A stretch of 64,000 nt of DNA from Escherichia coli. Lineage in GTDB: Bacteria; Pseudomonadota; Gammaproteobacteria; Enterobacterales; Enterobacteriaceae. The translations under genes were made by a program, and so were the position numbers. Each line of letters opens with the position of its first letter. Position 1 is the first letter of the stretch. The notes beneath the pieces were generated by a model. It saw only the letters and a program-made list of their open reading frames with translations. It made no database searches and had not been told where the DNA came from. This document shows, one piece after another, positions 1-9,226 of this stretch. The DNA lies in the NCBI RefSeq assembly GCF_041248615.1, contig NZ_CP158426.1. One strand, written 5' to 3'.

Positions 1-503
1 CCGATTCGCTGGCCTTAAAAAGAGTGGAACTCGGCATTGTGACGTTCGGCCCGGTGCATGTGGAACAACCCTTTACCAGCGCCGCTAATTTTTTCCCGCC
101 CATCCTGTTTGCCCAGGGCGATACACCAATGGGCGCTGCCATTACCAAAGCCCTGGATATGGTAGAGGAGCGGAAACGTGAGTATCGTGCAAATGGTATT
201 TCGTATTATCGCCCGTGGATTTTCCTGATCACCGATGGCGCTCCAACCGATGAGTGGCAGGCTGCCGCCAACAAAGTGTTTCAGGGGGAAGAAGATAAGA
301 AGTTTGCCTTCTTTTCCATCGGTGTTCAGGGGGCGGATATGAAGACTTTGGCACAAATCAGCGTTCGTCAGCCTTTGCCACTGCAGGGATTACAATTCCG
401 TGAACTGTTTAGCTGGTTATCCAGTTCGCTGCGTTCGGTTTCCCGCTCCACGCCGGGAACGGAAGTTGTGCTGGAAGCGCCAAAAGGCTGGACGTCAGTG
501 TGA
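1..503 (+). CDS. yegL: von Willebrand factor A (vWA) domain protein, C-terminal part (5' end upstream of window)
   Basis: Frame is open from the window edge to TGA at 501-503 (track ORF 24..503 is only the part after an internal GTG). It carries a vWA/MIDAS-type motif [10 protein letters not shown], and its stop overlaps the next start (GTGA). Recognised as E. coli YegL. Confidence 0.85.
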   Translation, partial: DSLALKRVELGIVTFGPVHVEQPFTSAANFFPPILFAQGDTPMGAAITKALDMVEERKREYRANGISYYRPWIFLITDGAPTDEWQAAANKVFQGEEDKKFAFFSIGVQGADMKTLAQISVRQPLPLQGLQFRELFSWLSSSLRSVSRSTPGTEVVLEAPKGWTSV

Positions 504-1261
504 GCTGGCGTCTGGTCTATGCATCAACCGTTGGAACGTCGCACATCAGCGCGGACTTGCCTTGCCAGGATGCCTGCCAGATGCAGGTTGCCTGGTTAAA
601 TGACCAGCAGCCATTATTGTCGGTATTTGTCGCCGATGGCGCAGGTAGCGTCTCGCAGGGTGGCGAAGGTGCGGAGCTTGCCGTTAATGAAGCGATGGCT
701 TATATGATGCAAAAATTGCAGGGCGGGGAATTGGGGCTTAATGATGTCCTCGCAACGGATATTGTGCTGACCGTTCGTCAGCGACTTTTTGCCGAGGCGG
801 AAGCCAAAGAATTAGCTGTTCGCGATTTTGCCTGCACGTTTATGGGATTGATTTCATCAGCTAATGGCACCCTGATTATGCAGATTGGCGATGGCGGCGT
901 GGTGGTAGATTTGGGGCACGGTCTGCAACTGCCGCTCACGCCGATGGTAGGTGAATATGCCAATATGACACACTTCATTACTGATGAAGATGCCGTTTCC
1001 AGACTGGAAACTTTCACCAGCACTGAGCGTGCGCATAAAGTTGCAGCATTTACGGATGGTATCCAGCGGCTGGCGTTAAATATGCTGGATAATTCTCCCC
1101 ATGTGCCTTTCTTTACCCCGTTTTTCAATGGGCTGGCGTCAGCAACGCAGGAACAACTCGATTTATTACCTGAATTGTTAAAGCAGTTTTTGTCCAGCCC
1201 GGCGGTAAACGAGCGTACGGATGATGATAAAACGTTGGCACTGGCGCTGTGGTTACCATGA
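500..1261 (+). CDS. pphC: PP2C-like Ser/Thr protein phosphatase
   Basis: 253-aa ORF with PP2C metal-site signatures [23 protein letters not shown] and RTDDDKT. GTG start overlaps the yegL stop. Recognised as YegK/PphC. Confidence 0.85.
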   Translation: MSWRLVYASTVGTSHISADLPCQDACQMQVAWLNDQQPLLSVFVADGAGSVSQGGEGAELAVNEAMAYMMQKLQGGELGLNDVLATDIVLTVRQRLFAEAEAKELAVRDFACTFMGLISSANGTLIMQIGDGGVVVDLGHGLQLPLTPMVGEYANMTHFITDEDAVSRLETFTSTERAHKVAAFTDGIQRLALNMLDNSPHVPFFTPFFNGLASATQEQLDLLPELLKQFLSSPAVNERTDDDKTLALALWLP

Positions 1262-3198
1262 AACCCACTTTATATACTGCTACTGGTGAGTGCGTTACGC
1301 CAGGCTGTGAACTGGGCAAAGGTGGCGAAGGCGCGGTTTATGATATCGAGGAGTTTGTCGATAGCGTCGCCAAGATTTATCACACGCCGCCACCCGCCTT
1401 AAAACAGGACAAACTTGCCTTTATGGCTGCGACAGCTGACGCACAGTTGCTGAATTATGTCGCCTGGCCGCAGGCAACGCTTCACGGTGGACGAGGCGGA
1501 AAAGTTATCGGTTTTATGATGCCAAAAGTTTCTGGTAAAGAACCGATTCATATGATCTATAGCCCGGCACATCGTCGCCAGAGTTACCCTCATTGTGCGT
1601 GGGATTTTCTACTCTATGTTGCGCGTAATATTGCTTCATCTTTTGCTACGGTTCACGAGCACGGGCATGTCGTGGGTGACGTAAACCAGAACAGCTTTAT
1701 GGTAGGCCGTGACAGCAAAGTGGTGTTGATTGATAGCGACTCCTTTCAGATTAACGCCAACGGCACACTGCATTTATGCGAAGTCGGCGTGTCGCATTTT
1801 ACGCCGCCAGAGCTGCAAACCTTGCCATCATTTGTCGGCTTTGAACGCACCGCGAATCACGATAATTTTGGCCTTGCGTTGCTGATTTTTCACGTCTTGT
1901 TTGGTGGTCGGCATCCTTATTCCGGTGTACCGCTTATCTCTGATGCGGGTAATGCGCTGGAGACGGATATTGCCCATTTCCGTTATGCCTACGCGTCAGA
2001 TAATCAGCGACGTGGTTTAAAACCGCCGCCACGATCTATTCCGCTGTCGATGTTACCGGGCGATGTTGAAGCCATGTTTCAGCAGGCATTCACGGAAAGT
2101 GGCGTGGCAACCGCGCGTCCGACGGCAAAAGCGTGGGTAGCGGCACTTGATTTACTACGCCAACAGTTAAAGAAATGTACCGTTTCGGCAATGCATGTTT
2201 ACCCCGGTCATTTGACTGACTGCCCGTGGTGTGCGCTGGATAATCAAGGCGTTATCTATTTTATTGATCTCGGCGAAGAGGTCATTACCACCGGCGGTGA
2301 TTTTGTGCTGGCGAAAGTCTGGGCAATGGTGATGGCGTCAGTAGCACCACCAGCATTGCAACTGCCATTACCCGATCATTTCCAACCGACTGGCAGGCCG
2401 CTTCCTTTAGGCCTGTTACGGCGTGAATACATCATTCTGATTGAGATCGCACTGTCAGCGTTATCGCTGCTGCTTTGCGGCCTTCAGGTAGAACCGCGTT
2501 ATATCATTTTGGTTCCCGTGCTGGCGGCTATCTGGATTATTGGCAGCCTGACAAGCAAAGCGTACAAAGCAGAAATCCAGCAACGTCGTGAGGCGTTTAA
2601 TCGCGCGAAAATGGACTATGACCATTTAGTAAGCCAGATCCAACGGCTGGGCGGGCTGGAAGGTTTTATCGCCAAACGGGCGATGATCGAAAAAATGAAG
2701 GACGAAATTCTCGGGTTACCGGAAGAGGAGAAACGCGCTCTGGCAGCACTTCATGACACTGCAAGGGAACGGCAGAAGCAGAAGTTTCTGGAGGGATTTT
2801 TTATTGATGTTGCCTCTATTCCCGGCGTTGGCCCTGCGCGTAAAGCGGCGTTACGGTCTTTTGGTATTGAAACAGCCGCAGATGTTACCCGTCGTGGCGT
2901 TAAGCAAGTGAAAGGGTTTGGCGACCATCTGACCCAGGCGGTTATCGACTGGAAAGCGAGTTGTGAACGCCGTTTTGTGTTCAGGCCGAACGAAGCGGTA
3001 ACGCCTGCAGACAGACAAGCGGTACTGACTAAAATGGCCGCCAAACGACATCGGCTGGAATCGACGTTGACTGTCGGCGCGACAGAGTTGCAGCGATTCC
3101 GCCTTCAAGCTCCAGCACGGACCATGCCGTTGATGGAACCGTTACGTCAGGCGGCAGAAAAACTGGCTCAGGCGCAGGCTGAATTAAGCCGTTGCTGA
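1249..3198 (+). CDS. yegI: Eukaryotic-like (Hanks-type) Ser/Thr protein kinase with TM hairpin and C-terminal tandem HhH
   Basis: 649-aa track ORF from GTG 1249; ATG at 1258 gives an ATGA overlap with the yegK stop and may be the true start. Kinase motifs: Gly loop GKGGEGAVY, Lys in VAKIY, catalytic GDVNQNS, DFG-like IDSDSF, APE-like TPPE. Two hydrophobic helices and two helix-hairpin-helix motifs (IPGVGPARKAAL, VKGFGDHLTQAV). Confidence 0.85.
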   Translation: MVTMKPTLYTATGECVTPGCELGKGGEGAVYDIEEFVDSVAKIYHTPPPALKQDKLAFMAATADAQLLNYVAWPQATLHGGRGGKVIGFMMPKVSGKEPIHMIYSPAHRRQSYPHCAWDFLLYVARNIASSFATVHEHGHVVGDVNQNSFMVGRDSKVVLIDSDSFQINANGTLHLCEVGVSHFTPPELQTLPSFVGFERTANHDNFGLALLIFHVLFGGRHPYSGVPLISDAGNALETDIAHFRYAYASDNQRRGLKPPPRSIPLSMLPGDVEAMFQQAFTESGVATARPTAKAWVAALDLLRQQLKKCTVSAMHVYPGHLTDCPWCALDNQGVIYFIDLGEEVITTGGDFVLAKVWAMVMASVAPPALQLPLPDHFQPTGRPLPLGLLRREYIILIEIALSALSLLLCGLQVEPRYIILVPVLAAIWIIGSLTSKAYKAEIQQRREAFNRAKMDYDHLVSQIQRLGGLEGFIAKRAMIEKMKDEILGLPEEEKRALAALHDTARERQKQKFLEGFFIDVASIPGVGPARKAALRSFGIETAADVTRRGVKQVKGFGDHLTQAVIDWKASCERRFVFRPNEAVTPADRQAVLTKMAAKRHRLESTLTVGATELQRFRLQAPARTMPLMEPLRQAAEKLAQAQAELSRC

Positions 3199-3210
3199 GC
3201 CAGTTTTCAA

Positions 3211-4563
3211 TTAACGAAACACCACTTCCGCCCAGCGTGCCAGCCCGGCGGTGACGGAGCCAAAGTCATCGCCGCCTGCAATCGGAATGCCCGGCAACTG
3301 TTCTGCCAGCGCCTTTTTAATCAGCGGTGAACGGGCGCTACCGCCGGTCAGGTAGATAACGTCCGGTTTTTCCTGGGCGTTATCCAGGGCCAGTTGCACC
3401 TGTTCCAGAATCCGCGCCAGTGGCTGGCTGAGGGCGCTTTCCAGCCCTTGCTGGCTAATCAGCGTAGCCAGTTCATCGCTGATAAACGGCAGTGAGGCGC
3501 GGGTTTCCGCTACGCTTGAAAGCGCAATTTTGCTCTCTTCTGCGCTACGTACCAGGCGATAGCTTAAACGCTGACGCCAGACTTTCTGTAACAGGGCCAC
3601 TTTTTCCGGTTCGCGGGCATCGCGTACCAGATCGTTAAGCAGACGACCGTTGGCACTACTGTAGAAATCACTTTGCGCAGGGACGTCGTTGATGGCAACC
3701 GCATTCCACCACGGCAGAATCGGCAGGGCGATGCCTTTTTCGGTTTCGCCCCCCATGCCCAGTAACGGCATCAGGTTTTTAAACGCCAGTGCGATATCCA
3801 GATCGTTACCGCCAATACGGCAACCACTGTGACCCAGCAGGCTGGCTTCACGATCGAGACGCGAACGCCACTGCGGCCCCATCAGCAGCAATGAACAGTC
3901 AGTCGTACCACCGCCGATATCCACCACCAGCACCCGTTTTTCTTCCTGCAAGGTGGCTTCGTAATCCAGCCCAGCCGCGACCGGCTCGTACTGGAATACC
4001 ACATCCTTAAACCCGGCACGCTTCGCCGCGCGTTCCAGAATCCCCTGCGCCTGGGTGTTTGCTTCATCGCCGCCAAGCCCCTGGAAGTTGATAGGGCGAC
4101 CAATTACCGCCTGAGTAATCGCATCCGGCAGCTGTGCCTGCGCCTGCTGGCGAATGTGCAACATCATTGCGCAGACCAGATCCTCAAACAGCGCTACCTG
4201 CTGCGGTTTTAAGCCGCTGGCACCGAGGAACGATTTTGGTGATTTCACAAACCACACTTCTTCTGGATCATCAATGTACTGTGCCAGTGAGGAAAGACCG
4301 AACTGCACGCTTTTCGCCGTAACATCGATATCTTCTTCGCGGTTATAACGAATCGCCCGACGCAACAGCGCCTGCGTTTCATCGTCGTCTGCCGGAACAT
4401 CATGATGGCGGTACAGCCATTCGCTTACCGCTTCACGCGTTGGCGCGCAAAGCATTGAAGGCAGCAGCGTGCTGTCGTTTTCCATTTTCAGTAATTGCGG
4501 CTTACCGTCGCGCATGACCGCCACTGAACAGTTTGCTGTACCGTAATCAAAACCAATAAACAC
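3211..4563 (-). CDS. yegD: Hsp70/actin-fold ATPase family protein
   Basis: Motifs GFDYGTANCSVA (phosphate-1), VVDIGGGTTDCSLL and IYLTGGSARSP. Track ORF 3211..4626 trimmed to GTG at 4563, which gives the conserved MFIGFDYGT N-terminus (450 aa as I recall for YegD). Confidence 0.85.
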   Translation of the reverse strand: MFIGFDYGTANCSVAVMRDGKPQLLKMENDSTLLPSMLCAPTREAVSEWLYRHHDVPADDDETQALLRRAIRYNREEDIDVTAKSVQFGLSSLAQYIDDPEEVWFVKSPKSFLGASGLKPQQVALFEDLVCAMMLHIRQQAQAQLPDAITQAVIGRPINFQGLGGDEANTQAQGILERAAKRAGFKDVVFQYEPVAAGLDYEATLQEEKRVLVVDIGGGTTDCSLLLMGPQWRSRLDREASLLGHSGCRIGGNDLDIALAFKNLMPLLGMGGETEKGIALPILPWWNAVAINDVPAQSDFYSSANGRLLNDLVRDAREPEKVALLQKVWRQRLSYRLVRSAEESKIALSSVAETRASLPFISDELATLISQQGLESALSQPLARILEQVQLALDNAQEKPDVIYLTGGSARSPLIKKALAEQLPGIPIAGGDDFGSVTAGLARWAEVVFR

Positions 4564-4696
4564 GAAATAATCCCCATGCCGGTGAAGAAGGGGCGTGACT
4601 TTAGCGAAATGTTGCCGTCGCGACAACCGGAATATGAAAGCAAAGCGTAGCGTCTGAATAACGTTTATGCTGAAAGCGGATTAACAAGGAGATGCG

Positions 4697-5554
4697 ATGT
4701 ATACCCTGAACTGGCAGCCGCCGTATGACTGGTCGTGGATGTTGGGATTTCTCGCCGCCCGTGCGGTGAACGGTGTGGAAACGGTCGCTGACGATTATTA
4801 TGCCCGTAGTCTGGCGGTGGGCGAATATCGCGGCGTGGTGACTGCTATTCCGGATATAGCCCGCCATACTCTGCACATAAATTTAAGTGCAGGTTTAGAA
4901 CCTGTTGCCGCAGAGTGTCTGGCGAAAATGAGCCGCCTGTTTGATCTGCAATGTAACCCGCAGATTGTTAACGGTGCGTTGGGCAAGTTAGGCGCGGCGC
5001 GGCCCGGATTGCGTTTACCCGGCAGTGTTGATGCTTTTGAGCAGGGCGTGCGGGCGATTTTAGGCCAACTGGTGAGCGTGGCGATGGCGGCAAAATTGAC
5101 CGCCAGAGTGGCACAGCTTTATGGCGAACGGCTGGATGATTTTCCGGATTATGTCTGCTTCCCCACGCCTCAGCGGCTGGCAGCAGCCGACCCGCAGGCA
5201 TTAAAAGCGTTAGGTATGCCGTTGAAACGGGCAGAGGCGCTGATTAATCTGGCAAATGCGGCGCTGGAGGGCACCTTACCAATGACAATTCCGGGCGACG
5301 TAGAGCAAGCGATGAAAACGCTGCAAACTTTTCCGGGTATCGGGCGCTGGACGGCGAATTATTTCGCCTTACGTGGCTGGCAGGCGAAAGATGTTTTCCT
5401 GCCGGATGATTATCTGATTAAACAGCGATTTCCGGGAATGACACCGGCACAAATCCGCCGTTATGCCGAACGCTGGAAGCCCTGGCGTTCTTATGCGCTG
5501 TTGCATATCTGGTATACGGAAGGCTGGCAACCAGACGGAACGGACGAATTGTAG
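4697..5554 (+). CDS. alkA: 3-methyladenine DNA glycosylase II
   Basis: 285-aa ORF with an HhH-GPD glycosylase region (FPGIGRWTANYFALRGW ... LPDDYL). The N-terminus MYTLNWQPPYDWSWMLGFL is recognisable as AlkA. Confidence 0.9.
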   Translation: MYTLNWQPPYDWSWMLGFLAARAVNGVETVADDYYARSLAVGEYRGVVTAIPDIARHTLHINLSAGLEPVAAECLAKMSRLFDLQCNPQIVNGALGKLGAARPGLRLPGSVDAFEQGVRAILGQLVSVAMAAKLTARVAQLYGERLDDFPDYVCFPTPQRLAAADPQALKALGMPLKRAEALINLANAALEGTLPMTIPGDVEQAMKTLQTFPGIGRWTANYFALRGWQAKDVFLPDDYLIKQRFPGMTPAQIRRYAERWKPWRSYALLHIWYTEGWQPDGTDEL

Positions 5555-5575
5555 GCCTGATACGCCGCATCAGGC
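5555..5575. repeat. REP-like palindrome between convergent alkA and dgcE
   Basis: gcctgatacgccgcatcaggc is a near-perfect hairpin of the REP type, directly after the alkA stop. Confidence 0.6.
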
Positions 5576-5591
5576 GATGGGGAAGCACGCC

Positions 5592-8500
5592 TCAGTTAAT
5601 CGCGAAATAACTGCTATTCACCAGCAAATCCAGCGGTTGGGCATCGGCAATCACATCGCCATAAATCAGATCGACGCCGATGCCAGAAAGCGTATCCATC
5701 ACCAGGGGTAAAACTACTGGCCCGGCGATGGTCTTCATCCCGAGCCGCTGAGCGTGCCCCTGAATGATCGTAATCAGCATCTCATCCATCAAATTTCCCT
5801 GCACGTTGGCGCATAACTCACCATCAAGTAGCAGGTAATCTGCCATATTCGCTTTCAGCGAGTTGAAGATTTGCAGATCGCGGCCCACCTGACTGAATAC
5901 GATCCGACATCCCGCCAGCCGCAGTTTTTGCACGTTTTCTGCGTGATCTAAAATCGCGTCTGCCGGAATAATCAGATGTAATAACCGTGGTGGTAGAGGG
6001 CTATTTTCCAGCTGCTCAATTAGTTCATTCACCAGCGTGGCGCTACTCAAACCGGCAACGGAAAGCGGGAGGGCGATGCTTATACCTTTACTGGCAACCG
6101 CTTTGGCGGCCTGCTGGAAAAAATCGTGGAATACCCGTCGGTCAAGAGCATGGCTAAGTGCCGGATCGCTGAAGCTACGACGAAATGTTTGTTCATCAAT
6201 AATCTCGCCTTCGCAACTCCAGAGCTTAAGTGAAATCAGCCACAAATTACGCGCTTTCGGGATCCGCGGCGAAGCGACACCGTGGGCGATCATCATCAAC
6301 TGATTCTCTTTAATCATCCGCCACTGTTCATCAAGCGACATCGCCGCCCGTTCGCTATGTGCGGTAGCTTGCTGCGGTTCGTAAATCGTCACCCGGCCCC
6401 GGCCACCATTTTTGGAGGCATAACAGGCGATATCAGCCTGCGACATCACTTCAGCCGCCTGATGATTGTTGTCATCAATCAAGGTAATCCCGGCACTGGC
6501 ACCTACCCGATGTACACGTCCTTCCCAGATAAAGTGATAGTCATTCACGGCGCTGATAATGCGTGTAGCGATAAAACGCGCACTTTCGACATTACAATCT
6601 GGCAGCAGCAGACCAAATTCATCGCCACCGAGTCGCGCCAGCACGTCGCTGGAGCGCAGCATACTCAGCATCAACGACGCCAGTTCGCGCAGTAAAGCAT
6701 CGCCAGCGGCGTGCCCGGCGCTGTCATTCACCGCTTTAAAGCGATCAAGATCGATAAACACCAGTGCATGTCGCTGATGTGTACTGTTTACCGTTTGCAG
6801 CAGGATACGCAGTTGCTTCTCAAAACTGGCGCGATTGGCGAGATGCGTCAGTGCATCATGGGAGGCGCTGTAGCTCAGCTGGCGCAGCATTTTGCGTGAT
6901 TCGGTGACGTCCTGAATCACCAGAACCGAGCCTATATTGCTGCCGTCCAGAGTACTTAACGGCGTAATACTGTAATGCACGTCGTAGCTGCCGCCGCTCC
7001 GGCAGTGCAACACCACATCTTGTTCAATCGCGGAACGTGAGGTGTCGGCACTGTAAATGTTCTCCATTAATGGTCCGTTGTCGCCAAAAGTAATATGCAA
7101 CACCGTCAGGAGCGGAACACCTAATGCTTCTTCCTGCGTCCAGCCGCTCATCTTCTCCGCCACCGGATTCATAAAGGTAATTTTCATCGCCATATCAATA
7201 CAGACCACGGCTTCGCCGATGGAATCCAGCGTAATGTGCAGGCGCTCTTTTTCCTGAAACAATGCCTCGTTAAGCTGTTTCACTTCGGTCATATCCATAT
7301 TAATGCCGAGCAGGCGTTCGACTTCGCCTTCTTTATTCAGTACCCGGTTAGCGAGGGCGCGGATATGGCGAATGCCGTCTTTCACGGTAATGCGAAATTC
7401 CAGTTTAAAGGGAGAGCGTGATTGCAATGAATCGCGAATCACTTTTTCGGCGTGCTGGCGATCTTCCGGCAGCACGCACTCGTACCACACCTGCCAGTTC
7501 GGTTTGATATGCGGAGGAATTTCATACAGCTCGAACATCCGCTTATCCCAGCTAAAAATATTCGGCTTAAGCTCCCACTCCCAGATGCCAATTCCGCCCG
7601 CTTCGTTAGCCAGCGTGATGCGCTCCATCAGTTGCTGGTTCACCTGTTCGGTGCGTTTTAGCTCGTTAATGTCTTCAATCTGAGCGATAAAATAGAGCGG
7701 CGTACCATCGGTGTGGCGCACCAGTGAGACGGCAAGCAACGCCCAGACAACATCGCCATTGCGGTTGTAGTAGCGTTTTTCCATTGAATAGGTGTTTATT
7801 TCACCGCTGATCAGCTTTTCAACCTGTTGCAGATCTTTATTGAGATCCTCCGGCCAGGTCAGTTGCTGAAAGGTGAGTCCGCGCAGTTCTTCCTGACTGT
7901 AACCGAGAAACTGGCAGAGCGCTTTGTTGGATTGCAGCCATTGCCCCTCGGTGCCCACTAATGCCATGCCGATGGCGGAATATTCCATCGCGTTCCGAAA
8001 GCGGGTTTCGCTTTCGGAAATGTGTTTGCGTTCCGCACGAAAGGCATACATCACCATGGTCATGATGTTGGCGGGCAGCAGGATCAGCAAAAACGGTAGC
8101 CACGGCATATGGCTCATCAGGTATGTACGCGGCGTAGCAAGCAGGGAGGGATCCGCGGCCATCATCAGTGACACCATCATCACCGTGGTAAGGAAGATCA
8201 AAAAGGCTTCCATTCGTGGCAGGCGCACGGCGCTCCACATCAACAGCACAATAATGAAAGTAAAAGGCCACGGCAGATACAGCATCGAAAGCCAGCTTAA
8301 CGTCAGTGTGATGGCTAACGTGAGCAGCGACTCAAAAAGCAACCGTGGGTTGCGATGGCGCAGCAGATAGTGTGGTTTAAATAACAATCCCAGCGGCACT
8401 AGTGCCAGTGCGCCGATGGATTCTGAAAGTACCCATATCAAAAATGCCCTGAGAGGATCGTCTCCGGGCGTCAGCAGGGCAACCAGAACACCCCCCAACA

Positions 8501-8909
8501 GAGGCGGAACAATGGCGCTGCCGAGTGCCAGACGCAGCCAGTCAGCCAGATTTTGCAATGGGTTATACCACGGCAGCAATTTACGCAGTAGCACTGCCCC
8601 GACCACGGCTTCAACAATATTGATGGTCGTCCAGGTCATGTTCAGCGAGCTGGTGGAAAAAAGCAGGATGGATGCGGCGATATTTCCCAGCGAGCAGCTC
8701 AGCGCAATTCCCGGCCACATGCGCCCGGCATGGCGATAAAACGCCACCATCATGATGGACGTCGGGAACCACAGTGGGGCGAGTTGGGTGCCAAACTGCG
8801 AAAGCTCAAGCGAGAAAAGGGTAAAGATAAACGAGACTAAACCTAAACTGACCAGGTGAAGCAGCGGGTGGGGCAGGGCAATTAATACATGCTGTGATTG
8901 TTTGCTCAT
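5592..8909 (-). CDS. dgcE: Membrane-bound diguanylate cyclase (MASE1-type membrane domain, PAS repeats, GGDEF, degenerate EAL)
   Basis: 1105-aa ORF. About 300 aa of polytopic hydrophobic N-terminus, PAS-like repeats, an intact GGDEF (RLGGDEFGLLL), and a C-terminal EAL-like domain without an EAL motif. Recognised as YegE/DgcE. Confidence 0.9.
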   Translation of the reverse strand: MSKQSQHVLIALPHPLLHLVSLGLVSFIFTLFSLELSQFGTQLAPLWFPTSIMMVAFYRHAGRMWPGIALSCSLGNIAASILLFSTSSLNMTWTTINIVEAVVGAVLLRKLLPWYNPLQNLADWLRLALGSAIVPPLLGGVLVALLTPGDDPLRAFLIWVLSESIGALALVPLGLLFKPHYLLRHRNPRLLFESLLTLAITLTLSWLSMLYLPWPFTFIIVLLMWSAVRLPRMEAFLIFLTTVMMVSLMMAADPSLLATPRTYLMSHMPWLPFLLILLPANIMTMVMYAFRAERKHISESETRFRNAMEYSAIGMALVGTEGQWLQSNKALCQFLGYSQEELRGLTFQQLTWPEDLNKDLQQVEKLISGEINTYSMEKRYYNRNGDVVWALLAVSLVRHTDGTPLYFIAQIEDINELKRTEQVNQQLMERITLANEAGGIGIWEWELKPNIFSWDKRMFELYEIPPHIKPNWQVWYECVLPEDRQHAEKVIRDSLQSRSPFKLEFRITVKDGIRHIRALANRVLNKEGEVERLLGINMDMTEVKQLNEALFQEKERLHITLDSIGEAVVCIDMAMKITFMNPVAEKMSGWTQEEALGVPLLTVLHITFGDNGPLMENIYSADTSRSAIEQDVVLHCRSGGSYDVHYSITPLSTLDGSNIGSVLVIQDVTESRKMLRQLSYSASHDALTHLANRASFEKQLRILLQTVNSTHQRHALVFIDLDRFKAVNDSAGHAAGDALLRELASLMLSMLRSSDVLARLGGDEFGLLLPDCNVESARFIATRIISAVNDYHFIWEGRVHRVGASAGITLIDDNNHQAAEVMSQADIACYASKNGGRGRVTIYEPQQATAHSERAAMSLDEQWRMIKENQLMMIAHGVASPRIPKARNLWLISLKLWSCEGEIIDEQTFRRSFSDPALSHALDRRVFHDFFQQAAKAVASKGISIALPLSVAGLSSATLVNELIEQLENSPLPPRLLHLIIPADAILDHAENVQKLRLAGCRIVFSQVGRDLQIFNSLKANMADYLLLDGELCANVQGNLMDEMLITIIQGHAQRLGMKTIAGPVVLPLVMDTLSGIGVDLIYGDVIADAQPLDLLVNSSYFAIN

Positions 8910-9226
8910 TACCGCTTTATCCGCAAGACCAGGTCGCCAGTATTCGTTTCTGTGTTTATGCTAGTACAAAAGTTTTACATTTTATATGCGAATTGCTCAT
9001 AAAGTGACGTAAAGGCGGATAATTTGCGCAACGGCGTATAACATTTTTTACCTTGTATAAAACTGATCAACGTAATTTGCCACCGGGAATTCTTTGTCAA
9101 CAATTAACTCTGAGCGCGCGGCAACGCTATTCGACTGGTATCAGGCGGATGAAATCCCTATAATTGCCGCGTTTGGCGCTTCGTCGCCCCCTTCCTAACA
9201 TCCAGGTTAATCAGGTCGCTAAATAT

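Noticed and set aside
9130-9164. Possible sigma70 promoter for udk (perfect TATAAT at 9159-9164), and a similar TATAAT upstream of galF at 37625-37630
   Set aside because: In both cases I could not find a credible -35 hexamer at 16-18 bp spacing. A lone -10 match in AT-containing intergenic DNA is not enough to call a promoter.
9164-9226. N-terminal extensions of track ORFs (udk 9164, yegD 4626, yegH 14358, wzc 16506, wcaD 21244, cpsG 29165, galF 37649, wzzB 56103, hisD 63353)
   Set aside because: Each was trimmed to the internal start that reproduces the conserved N-terminus and the length I recall for the K-12 orthologue. The extensions overlap upstream genes or intergenic regulatory DNA.
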